From contig OU015567.1 in assembly GCA_907165135.1 (NCBI GenBank), positions 14,012,001 through 14,076,000 on the forward strand: a DNA stretch of 64,000 nt. Direction: 5' to 3'. The notes under the pieces were generated by a model. That model was given only the letters and a program-made list of their open reading frames with translations. It did not search any database and was not told the DNA's origin. This DNA is from Oikopleura dioica. Its lineage: Eukaryota; Animalia; Chordata. The position numbers were made by a program, and so were the translations under genes. Shown here piece after piece: positions 49,199-59,946 of the stretch. How positions within the stretch are numbered: the stretch's first letter is position 1; each line of letters starts with the position of its first letter.

Positions 49199-50117
49199 TC
49201 AGTAACTTGTTCTATGATTTGAGATGTTTCGGTGGTCCGATTTGACCAACTTCACTTGCGGCTTCAACATCTCGGCGAAGTGCTTCAGTTCGTGTACTTT
49301 TTTAGGCTTTACTTTCGTTCTTCATTTTTTAGCGAAATTTCAAGTCGAAAGCTTTCCTGGATCTTCAGTTCCAGTGAGCACAGTAACAGAGACCTCGACA
49401 AAATGACTCTTTGTCAATGGAATTCGATTTGCTTCTGCCGATTGTCCTGGCTCCTTCATTTTGTTCAGCTTTGAGAGAGTGATCTTCACTCGCCCTTTTC
49501 GGTAGAGATAGCCCTTGTTGAGAAATTCTGTCTCGGCTCGGAAGCCCAGTTCGGTCAAGAAAGAAGTGACGTTTTCGGAGCATCCGACGGTCACTTGGTT
49601 TCGCATCAGACAAGACTTGGTTGCCGACTAAAATTGGTGTGAATTCTTCTGTATTCTTATAGCCGCTTGCGGCTTTTGGAAAGTATAAGTATAGCCACGG
49701 CTTCTCGATTCTTTCTCTCGAATTGAGTTCTTCAATCACTACTAAAATGCAATTCTTACCTCCACCGCACCGACATATTTCAGTTGCCAGGGCATTTTGC
49801 TCTGTGCCATGGAGCGAGAAACACGAAGAGTGGCCGAACCCCCAGTTGAATTTTCCAGCTTGTAAGTTATTTCGTGATCTACAAAAAAAGTTATTCCGCA
49901 CTCTTGCCTTGTTCTTACCAAGAAAGGGTTCAGCTTCGACATTGTCACAAAGTCCTCTCAGTCGATTTTTTACATCTTCAACGAATTCATCTTTAACCGA
50001 TCCTTGGAGACTGTACTCGGAGAATGTTCCACTCTCACGAGACAGGCCAGATTCTGTCTTGATGCTTGAGACGATCGGATTGTAGCCTATGTCTTCTTCC
50101 AGACCCGGAGCTTTCAT
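49199..50117 (-). CDS. MED18: Mediator subunit 18
   Basis: EYSLQGSV..RLRGLCDNVEAEPFLDHEITY..LRVSRS..PWQLKYVG..MRNQVTVGCSENVTSFLTELGF..EFLNKGYLYRKG..VEVSV..LKHFAEMLKPQVKLVK matches the MED18/Srb5 family. The third intron is GA-AG. Confidence 0.95.
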
Positions 50118-50662
50118 TCTAGCGAAAATTCATCATATTTCAGCTAATATTCTAGTATTTTGCAGTATGCTTGTGTACGACAATTTAGGAAGAACCATCG
50201 CATGTTTATCAACAGTTTAGACACCATTTTATTAATAGAAGAGAAGAAATTTTGGATTATGTTTTTTGAGATAGTTTATTGTTGTCAACATTTATATTTT
50301 TCAGATTTTAACTGTGGCAAGAAGCGCTCACCAACAGTCGAAACAAAACTTAAAATTTTGGAATGTGGAATAGGAATTCGTTTTTTGGGGTTTTCGCAAT
50401 TCGCAGAGTTGAAAACGAAATACTTAAAAGTAAGTAATGGTCATTTCGTACTTATATACAGAGAGAAATGGATAAACTGGGCGAGGTACGGAACAAAAGA
50501 AAGAAAAATATAGAAATCGCAAGATTCAGACATTTCAAACAGTGTGGCAGCCGTCGGATGATCTTTCGTAAGTTGGAGTGGTGTTTTTTAAATATCACTT
50601 TGCTGGTTTCGTTGGAGTACTCGATATTGGTATGTACACGAGGAAGATCGTCATTTTCGCAA

Positions 50663-52581
50663 TCACATTGGCTGGGAAAACGAGACCTCCATCGACTCTG
50701 CCGCCATTCCATCAACCGCCGTTTGGATCTGCTCGGTGCCGTTGATTCTTGCATCGGTAAGCTTCGACACGCTCTCGGTCACCTGAAGAAAATCGTTTAA
50801 TATCGATGAAGAAATAGGTTGATTCTTACCTTGAAGAAGTTCTCGTGGCTGTACTTGTCATAAATGGTCTTGAGTTTCTTCTTAGGCGCCTTCGCGACCA
50901 TCTCGTTCAGCTTGAAGACCAGAGGGAGGAGTTCTTCTCGCTTGTAGCTCGTGTGGTACACGAGGGAGTCGTTCTAAGGAGGGAAGGTTTAGGAAATGAG
51001 AGTACTGAAAAGATCTTACCCAGGATTTGCCGAAGTGAAGGAGGGTCCAGAGGAGCGCTGCAGAAGCCATCTTGGATGCACTCTCTCTGGCAAACTGGTA
51101 CTCCATCAGAGTCAGTTCCAGAACATATCGAGCGAGGGTTAGCTAGAAAATCGGATGATTAGATTTGGTCGAAAGAGTTGATTAGTTACCTGCTTCATGT
51201 TGAATCCAACCACCTTGCCGTATCGTCGGAGACAGAGGTAGGAAACGGGCAAGTTGATGTCGAACTCAAGGACAGTCATGAGCTCGACTTCGAACTTGAG
51301 GATTTCTTCTCGGGTGTAGGCTTCGTCGCAGACGAATACCAAGTCGTCGACGTATGGAGGCATTCGATCCTGAAACGATTTGGTCAATTGAAATCATGGA
51401 GGAGAATTTCTTACGTAGAATTTGGAAGCGAGGAGGATCGCGCACGCGCCAAGCAGCTGCATGTTTTCTCTCTTGACGCTCTTCTTTGAGAGATAGAGGT
51501 CAATAAAGAGCACGGACAGGTAGAGCGACTCATGCGTGAGCTGGAAACTTTCTTGCATCTAAATAGGCAAATCAAAAAGGTCACGGTTGGATAAAGAGAC
51601 TGACCTCGACCTGCCAGTCGACGAGAATTTGGCGCATTTTTTCCGAGAGCTCAGGCTGACCGGACATGTAGTTTTGCACCATTTGCGCGTGTTCTCGAGC
51701 TCGAAAGTATTCAAAGCTAGCCATGGCATATTCGGAGTACTCGTTTGGATCTAAAAGTTGAAATAAGACTTCATGGAAACGCGCTTTTATGAAGAAAAAA
51801 GTGAAACTTTGCAATAATTGATCATCCCCTACCTTTATCTTGATCGATGTCGATCGCCGTCGGCTCTAGAAGTTTTCTCTCTCCGCTGATCTTCGCCGAA
51901 AAGGGGTCTTCGTGGTACGGTTTCTTTTTGTAATCAATCGCCAGCGAATGAATAGAGGTATCATCAGTTGGACTGGCGCGCTGAAAAGCTCATAAAACTA
52001 CGCCCTTTCCTCTTTTTCATACCTTTTTTCTGATCTTTTTCGGCTGCGATTGGGAAGTCGTAACTGCTTCGGCAACTTTTTTCACGGCCGCGCTGACGAC
52101 GCCCTGAATCAGATTTGATGAAATTTTCTGTTTGAGCTTGGCAAACTTACATTGTTTCTGACGCCCAGGACGGTTCGTGGCTTGTTCGTCTCCATCGTTT
52201 TCTGCTGCAAAAAGGGGTTAATAAATGAGTTGGTAAATGGGGGTAAAATATGCGAAATTGAACTAAAGAATCGATCGGTTTATCCAACTTGAAAATAATT
52301 ATTCTAGAGACAAGAGGAATGAATTCATCGGTCTTTAAGACTTGTCTCGGTAACCTGTGCAGAAAACCTGAGTCAGGCCAACAAAAACTTTAATTGAATT
52401 TTTTGATTGAAACTCAGTAGGAGCCCTGACTCAGGGTTTACACAGTTCAATTCTAGCGCTAAGCAAATAAACCGCAAAAGAGCCCAAAGAGAGACGCAAA
52501 AGATAAGCTTACCTGGAACGGGGCAACATCTTGGCTACTCTGCTGGCTGCTTTGGCTACTTCCAATTGACGTCTGCGACAT
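50663..52581 (-). CDS. CCNB3: Cyclin B3
   Basis: D-box-like RTVLGVRNN; SEYA..FEYFRARE; MRQILVDWQVEMQESFQLTHESLYL; QLLGACAILLASKF; YLCLRRYGK; LTLARYVLEL; KTIYDKYSHENFFKV (B3-type signatures). GT-AG introns join in frame. Confidence 0.92.
52346..52447. repeat. CCTGAGTCAGG-family element, copy 5, in a cyclin B3 intron
   Basis: CTCGGTAACCTGTGCAGAAAACCTGAGTCAGG ... CCCTGACTCAGGGTTTACACAGTT. Confidence 0.8.
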
Positions 52582-52744
52582 TTTTTGATTGCTTGTCTTC
52601 TACTGTAGTGTTTTCTCTGATTACAGTAAGAAACAAGCGAAAGAGATCTCTACGACAGTAGTTTTAGCCGAGGAGACAAAAAACTACAATCTCTCTTCGC
52701 GCTCTTTTTTGGGTTGCTTCGTTGCTCGTGTTATTTTTTTGTCT

Positions 52745-52850
52745 GTTCAGTTCAAATCAGGCCGGGCAGCTCGTCCTGGGCCGGGCCGTTGCTCAAGCCG
52801 CGAACGGTGGCGCGCGCGGACGAATCAGCGACGCGCGCCACATTTGAAAG
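52745..52850. promoter_or_regulatory. Putative cell-cycle promoter: two CHR (TTTGAA) elements and an inverted pair of E2F-like GC boxes
   Basis: TTCAAA at 52751-52756, TGGCGCGCG at 52808, CGCGCGCCA at 52832, TTTGAA at 52843. A GC-rich patch directly upstream of the putative cyclin B3 5'-UTR exon. Confidence 0.55.
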
Positions 52851-53024
52851 CAGCGCAAATGCCCACTTTTCAATTTTTAACGCGGAGAAACGAACCACTC
52901 TCAGCGGAAACATTCCATCAACGGCATTTTTTGGATTACCAAAATAATTGAATAAGCAAGTTTGCAAAAGTAACGAAAGTTTTCATAATGAATAATCGCT
53001 ATTCTTGAACTCCGGCGAATCTGC

Positions 53025-53110
53025 TCTGCGGCTACATTAAAAAAAGCCGCTACGCGGCTTTTCATTGAAGCGTTCATTTGAGGGCCTGATTCAGGATTCC
53101 TACACAGATT
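53025..53110. repeat. CCTGAGTCAGG-family partial element, copy 6
   Basis: AAAAAAGCCGCTACGCGGCTTTT followed by GGCCTGATTCAGGATTCCTACACAGATTGCTG (right arm only). Confidence 0.65.
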
Positions 53111-53164
53111 GCTGAATAAATTTTGTCTGAAATATATCAACTGATCAAACAGTCTTTCTTACAG

Positions 53165-53634
53165 ACGATCCTTATCAGCAAAAAGGTGCTACACTTAGGA
53201 AAAGAACAATCTGATCCCCCGCTGAGATTATTGTCCGCGGTACCCTGCGCTGATGAATTTATGGCTGTCTTGGCCCGCTTCCAGGGCATCGTTTGAATTT
53301 TTCGCACCCTTTAGGTTGGAGATTTGCCACGGGAAGGAGAGATAAAATCCAAGTCGAAGGGTTAGGGACCTTTTTCACGGCGAAAGAGTTGAAATGGCAG
53401 ATTTCGAACTTCAACTTGGTCATCAAGTTGGTGGATCAGGAATTGCCCTATTCAAATGCCAAGGGCTGACTTTATGATTTGGGCTTGAGTACGGTACGAA
53501 AAGGTTATTCGGGCCCTTATTTATCATGAGGACAGTTCTGGGAAGAAGAAGTAGCTCGCTCTAAAAGTTCTAAAAGTGATCTTCCGATCGATCGGTTGCG
53601 ATTGCTGAGCGGCTCAATTTTCTGCGATGCATGA
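53165..53634 (+). CDS. Possible short-exon gene missed by the ORF track
   Basis: Open segments after acceptors: TILISKKVLHLGKEQSDPPLRLLSAVPCADEFMAVLARFQ; WRFATGRRDKIQVEGLGTFFTAKELKWQISNFNLVIKLVDQELPY; GQFWEEEVARSKSSKSDLPIDRLRLLSG. Start and one junction are unresolved. Confidence 0.4.
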
Positions 53635-54078
53635 AGCCCCATCTGGACCGGCTTCAAAAAATTTCAACCCCCTTCTCACGCTTCTTTCCGCTAGACTGAA
53701 ATTACACTACAGGCAAGCCAAAAGTCAAGTACAGTCACATGAAACAAGATACAAGAAGTCAGTTTACAGATCATTTATTTACTTTCATCAATAACAATTT
53801 AATTATAACGACGTTATTTGAGATGTAAAAGCAACATTTTATATTTGTATGCATCTAACAGGTTATAATTAACAATCATCAGTATTATAATATCAGGTAA
53901 ATTATTTGTATTGCTATAATAACTCTTCAACGCGCTAAAATCTATTATAATTGGTTGAGAAAATACATTTTATAAAAAGGTTTTTTAAGAAAATCTTCTT
54001 CTATCGAAAGAATCTTCTCATTACCAAAACAATAATTTTAGTGGATAAATCTTCATCTTCATTTTTTTAATTTTCAGA

Positions 54079-56142
54079 ATGGCGCGTCGTTTTTTTTCCC
54101 AGCGTCCGCCCACGCGATAGTTTGTTCTTTCTTTATTCTGTTTTATTGCGGCGAAGGGGAACTCTTCCGAAAGCACTTTTCTTCCTAGAGAATAGAGAGA
54201 AGAAACAGTCGTATCGTCTGGCAGACAGAAGCTGGCTTGCAGTCAAAAGGCTCAAGAAAGAGGGGCGAAATGTCAGACGAGGAGGAAGAATTGATTTCCA
54301 ACGGGACGGATTTTTATTGTTTATTAGCCACTGTGAAATAAATAACTTTGCTTATTGATGACCCCCTTTTTCGATAAATTTCTAAGTAATAATTTTGGAA
54401 AAGCATAAAAATCCGTGAAAAGGAATCGGAGAAGACGGTGACGGAAATGGAAACATCGCTCGATACAACTCAAATGGACACGAAAGTGATCGAGACTCAA
54501 TCAGCCAAACGAACAGATGGAAACGACCAGAGAGCTTCTCCAGATCAAATGGCCCTTCTGCAAAGGTACGGCCTTAGAGAAGTTGGTGTTAAAAACCATT
54601 GTAGCGCGCAAATACGGCAAATACACCCCTGCTAAAGTTGCGCACTCCAGTTCCAGCGATTTGGACCTCGCCGCGATTGAAGTCGAACCAACTTCTGGAC
54701 AGACGCTACAAAAAAGCCTGGAACAAGATCCTGCCTCATCTAAACACTGCCGACAAATTCGCTGTCTATAACACAAACACCCACTTTCGCATCGAACATG
54801 GCGAGCAACTCGAACAGGTTTACAATCAATCCCTCATCGTTTCTAAAAAGAGCTTCAGTACGCCGTAAAAGAAGTCGAAAAAGTGTCGATGCGTCTTTTC
54901 GGCGCCGAAGCCGAAGGAAGACGCCTCGCCAGAAGCTACGACAATGACAACTGGTCGCTCTTTAGGGCGTTCATGTGGATCAACGAACAGACCTACCACT
55001 CGGTCTACACCTTTTTCAGATACTGCCTGCGCGAACGAAGACAACCTTCGAATCTGGCCATGTTGCTCAAGGTATGTTGCTAAACATTTTCGCCCCTCCC
55101 ATTCTAGTGTTTTTTTTTTCAGGCCAACACACTGTCAAAACTGATAAAGCAAGATAGAATCGCCCTCTACGCTCAAAATCTACGTTATCTCTTCAATAGG
55201 TACACTTCCGAAAGGTATATAAAACGACTTATTCTCAATTATAAGCAGCTTATAATTGATCTATTTTAATAGATTGAAATCGCTTGCAAAGTTGCTCACG
55301 CTTGTTTATGTAGGACGCACGTCGAAACCTGCGAGCTAACAGAAAGCCCAGATTGGTACATTGCCTTCGACCCTCACACCGATCAGCTACTGGTGCTAGA
55401 TTTGTCAAGTGGCTTCATAGAAATGCAAAAACAAGTTTACTGTATTCATCAAGACTCGCTCAGGTCAGTCTCTTTTTCCTCAAAGAGGATCTCCCTGTTT
55501 TGACGGGCAAGCACTTGTTTAAAACAAAACATTAGTTACGGCTACCAACACTTGGCCGGTCTTCTGAATGGCACTTTTCTAAAAGGTAAAAAATCTTTCG
55601 TTTATCAAATCATTAAACTTTCTGCTTATAAGAAAACATCTGCGTCATCTTCAACGATTTAATGGAATCGAGGCGACTGAATATCATCGATCTGGCTGCG
55701 GAAAATGTCCGCTGCATCGATGCCGACTTTCTAGGCCTCTTCAACGAATCCCGCCTCGCCTGTCTCAAAGAAGTCCAAGACAAACTGTCGTTTATGATGG
55801 GCCAGAAGATATTCAAAGAGTCTCTCAGAGACATTATTGAGAATTTCCCGCTGGAAGAGTGGAAGAATTTGAAAACGATTGGCGCTTCTCTTCTTAGTTT
55901 CGACATGTAAGAAAAATATTGTCGCTGGAATTTTTGTCGCCAGTTTTTTTACTTATTTTTTAACTTATAGAGAAGAGGACAAATCGATCAAAGCCGAGTG
56001 CATGTTCACGATGAAATCTGTGACGCTGCATGAATTTCCCGCATCGTTCAAGTTCTTCGCCGCCTTCACCATCCCTCAAGAATCAGACGAAGTCTCCGTC
56101 GAATCCGTTTTCAGAGGCTTCGAAAAATTACCCGATCACTGA
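54079..56142 (+). CDS. Uncharacterised multi-exon protein
   Basis: Series of protein-like exons separated by short GT-AG introns (..AWNKILPHL..; NWSLFRAFMWINEQTYHSVYTFFRYCL..; ..IIDLAAENVRCIDADFLGLF..; ..FRGFEKLPDH*). No family motif recognised; 5' structure ambiguous. Confidence 0.6.
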
Positions 56143-56582
56143 TCAGTTCACCACCTGAAGTTCCAGAAAAAACAAGCACCCTCTTTGCTTCACGAAAAAA
56201 GACAATTCAAAATTGTCGAAAGTTACATGTAAACACACTCATCCGCAATTTTCATATTTATCACTTCGCCAGTTTCCAAAAAGTTACAGTAGAAAAATTC
56301 AAAATTGCGACCCAGGAGACAATTATTATTGATAAGATTTGTCCGTTTCACTGAAAAAGAACATCACTAATAAAAGACAAACAAAAAGGTCAGTCCAAGT
56401 TCTTCATCTTGAGTTCTTTCTTTTTGAATATTTAATCATGAACGAGGCTCGTTCCATTTTAAAATTGAAGGCATGAATCATCAACGAAAATTGATCGACA
56501 AGGGCGCTTGTGTAGGAGAAACCGTGTTCGATTTGAAAGAGATAGGTTGAAAAAGAATACTCTACTGTTTCTAAGACTGAGT

Positions 56583-56720
56583 CAGCAACTTGTGTGGATA
56601 CCTGAGTCAGGGTTCTGATAGAGTTTCAATAAAAAGCTGAGTTGAGATTAAAAAAAGCCGCAAATTAGAGTTTTATTGAAGGTCTTCCGGGGCCCTCAGG
56701 TTTCTATACAGGCTTTTGAG
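56583..56720. repeat. CCTGAGTCAGG-family element, copy 7
   Basis: CAGCAACTTGTGTGGATACCTGAGTCAGGG ... AAAAAAGCCGC ... CCCTCAGGTTTCTATACAGG. An extra TGAGTCA lies at about 56578. Confidence 0.7.
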
Positions 56721-56984
56721 CCCAAGTATGAGAGAATCAGGAATGACCAGTTGTGGTCAGGGTCAATCTCTTTCATTTTGCCTTGTGAGTCAGCTGTTTA
56801 CTCTTCGTGTCTAGGATCATGCTTGCACGCAAGTTTATTTTTATGACGATTTTTGGCGACCACCCAACTCTATTATTTTCTCTTGCCCAATCATTCTGAG
56901 CTGCTCCTATTCTATTCTTTGTTTCCTGTTTTTGACTTTTTGGACCCAGATCATTCAGATTTGCGTTTTTCAGAGAATCGAAAA

Positions 56985-59946
56985 ATGGACGTTGGGACGA
57001 AGAATCCCGTTCTGGATTTGGAAGCGCTGCGCGTTTCAATCTCCAGAACTCCTTCTGTTCTCGTCATTTTGTCCACCATCACTGCTTACATCATCAAGGT
57101 GTTCGACAAGAAGCCCGCTTCATTCGAGGTACGAAGCGGAATTACTCTTCTTTGTCTTCAAAATTTGAAATTTTAGTTGGTTGAGAAAAATGTGTTGTTT
57201 TACATTTCCGAATATATTTCTCCTGAATCATTTGGTGAATCAATCGAGTTCTCCATTTCCGTTTTGCTGCTCTGGCTTTCGTACTCGCTCTGTTACAATC
57301 TTTTGCTCCGATGGACTTTGACCTACAAGGTTAGATCAAGTTTAAAGTTGTCCTCTTATGAAAGAGCTTAGGGCTGGATTTTCGAAGGTCGCGGAAATAC
57401 GACTCTGTTCACGCGAGTCTGGGCGGTCTCGCTGAGACTGCTCACTGCTGGAAAACGAGGCTTTAGCTATTTCTATCAATTCTGCCCGCATCTGCATGTC
57501 CCCGAGTTGGAAAACACCGTCCGAAGATATCTTCAATCGATGAAGCCGCTCATCACGGACAAAGAATTCGCCGAATTGAAGCGACTCTCTGACGATTTTT
57601 TAACCGGGGTCGGTCCAGCGCTGAACTCTGCCCTCACCAAGAAATCCTGGCTGTCGACGAATTACGTAACTGACTGGTGGGAAGAATACGTTTACCTTTC
57701 CTCACGAGATTCATTGATGATCAACTCGAACTACTTTGGGCTCGGGCAAGAACGAATTCCTTCCTTCCGAAGCACCTCCCGCATTGCTGGTTATGTCTGG
57801 CTGGGGTCGGCAACTCGACACTCAAATCTCGTGTCGAGTCGAGTCGAGTCGAGTTCATTTTTCTTCAGCGAGTGTCGAGTCGAGTCGAGTTGTGTCGAGT
57901 TTTGAAAATGTAATGATATTCATGATCATGATATACATGATCCAAAATTTTGCCTCGACCGGCTTTCAAAGGTGGTCTACCTCGGAAAATTTTTGAAAGA
58001 GACGATGACTTCGGCATTTTTGACCGTCAATGTCACTAATTCATCGCGAAAGATTTCAGCCTAAGTTATGAAAACTCGACAAAACTCGACAAAAACTCGA
58101 CACAACTCGACAACTCGACATAACTCGACACTCAAATTGACTGTCGAGTCGAGTCGAGTTATCAAAAACTCAACTCGACTCGACTCGACAACTCGACTGT
58201 CGAGTTTTTGAGTTGTCGAGTTGCCGACCCCAGATGTCTGGTCCCTGTTAAAGTGGAGAAAAGACGCTGTCATCGACGGAAAAGTGCCACCAATCAAGCT
58301 TCAAAAGCTCGTCCCTCTCTGCCCGATGCAGTACAAACGCGCTTTCGGCACCAATCGCACCCCTGGAAAAGACAAAGACGCCCTAGTGCTCCACGAACAG
58401 AGCAGTCACATCGTCGCATTTTCCAAAAACGCCGTTTACAGCATCGAAGTGGTGGATAAAAACGGTGAACACCTTCTCACCCCGAAGCAGCTAGAATCGA
58501 CCTTCGACGCGATCCGGAAATCAGAACCGACGGAAGCGGAAAAAATCGAATATCTCGCCGCTGGAACTGCGCTTTCTCGTGACAAGTGGGCATCGATCAG
58601 AGAAGCGATCAATTCCGATGCGCAGAATGAATATTCCTTGCAGAAAATTGAATCGGCTTTGTTTCATGTTTGGCTTGACGATTCGCCGGCAAATGTTTCC
58701 AAGCCCGCTTCAATGGTCGAGTTTGCCAGGAGATGCCTCCACGGATCTGGACAAAATATCTGGTTTGACAAGTGTTTTTCCATCATTGCCGCTTCGAATG
58801 GCCATATCGGACAAAATGTCGAGCACACATGGGCCGATGGAGCTGTCATTCTTCACATTACGGAAGAAGTCCAGGTTTTGGAACACTTGCTGATCGAATA
58901 CGCGCCTGATACAGGAATGATTCTCAGCAAAGAGAAAGAAATCACCCCAGAATTGGAAATTCTCAAATGGAACTCGCTTGAAGAACCTCTCGCGCAAATA
59001 TCAAAAGGTAAATTTTCTTCAAGGAGTCGATAGATAAACCTGAAATAATAGAACTGCCAACCGTCGAGAAAGAAATCAACAATCTTTCGTTATCGCAACT
59101 CACCTTTACCAAATTCGGCAAGATCGAGATCAAGAAGTGGCGCCTCTCGCCCGATGCAATTTGCCAATTGGCCTACCAACTCACCAATTTCAAGATTAGA
59201 AACAAATTCTCCATGACGTACGAGGCTGCCCTTGCTCGCATTTTCAAGGTAGAAAGTTTACTCAGCCATGAATTTTTCTTCAAAAATTGCTTTCTAGGAT
59301 GGTCGGACGGAAACAATCAGAAGTTGTACTACTGCCTCAGCTACTTTTGTGAAAGAAATGCTCAACAAAAAATCAGACAATCGTAAGTCGATTAATTTGT
59401 TTGGTTCTTTTAAGTAAGAAAATTCTTCAGAAAAGCGACGAAACGCCTTGAAAGCGGCAGTTACGACTCACGGAGAATTGACAAAGCACGCAATGGTCGG
59501 AGAAGCTGTTGATCGTCACTTATTTGCCCTTTGCGTTGCCTCTCGTGGGTTGAACATGGAACATGAGTTTTTGAACAAATACAGAAACGCGAAATGGGAA
59601 AATGTCAGCGGCTGGGAGCTTTCTACCAGGTAAAATGCTTCTTGAAATATCTTTGTTGAACAAAATTGAAGCTGCGCTCCAGTTGCTCTTGGAGAACTTT
59701 ACAACCCGAAAAAGTATCCTCATTTGGAAACGGTCTTTACCGGTTTTGGCTGGACCAATGGCTTCGGAATCGGGTAAGAAGCAGTTTTATTAGACAGGAG
59801 TCTTTACCGGAAATTCTAGTTACATAATCGGCGACGATCGACTGGTCTTCTCTGTTTCTTCATCGAAACAACAAAATCTCGATTCGCAACAATTCTGCGA
59901 AACACTCGCAGAATCCCTCCTTGAGATTAGCGCTCTCTTCGACTGA
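56985..59946 (+). CDS. CPT1: CPT1-like carnitine O-palmitoyltransferase with N-terminal TM segments, interrupted by a MITE
   Basis: Two N-terminal hydrophobic segments; PHLHVPELENTVRRYL; NYVTDWWEEYVYL; MINSNYF; LCPMQYKRAFGTNRTPG; WFDKCF; EHTWADG (catalytic His); IKKWRLSPDAICQLAYQL; TYEAALARIFKDGRTETIRSCT; AMVGEAVDRHLFAL; WELSTS. Confidence 0.93.
57801..58233. mobile_element. MITE (433 bp), 19-bp TIR, perfect 8-bp TSD, (GTCGA)n subterminal arrays, inserted in a CPT1 coding exon
   Basis: ATGTCTGG|CTGGGGTCGGCAACTCGAC ... GTCGAGTTGCCGACCCCAG|ATGTCTGG. Removing the element plus one TSD restores IAGYVWSLLKWRKD. Confidence 0.95.
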
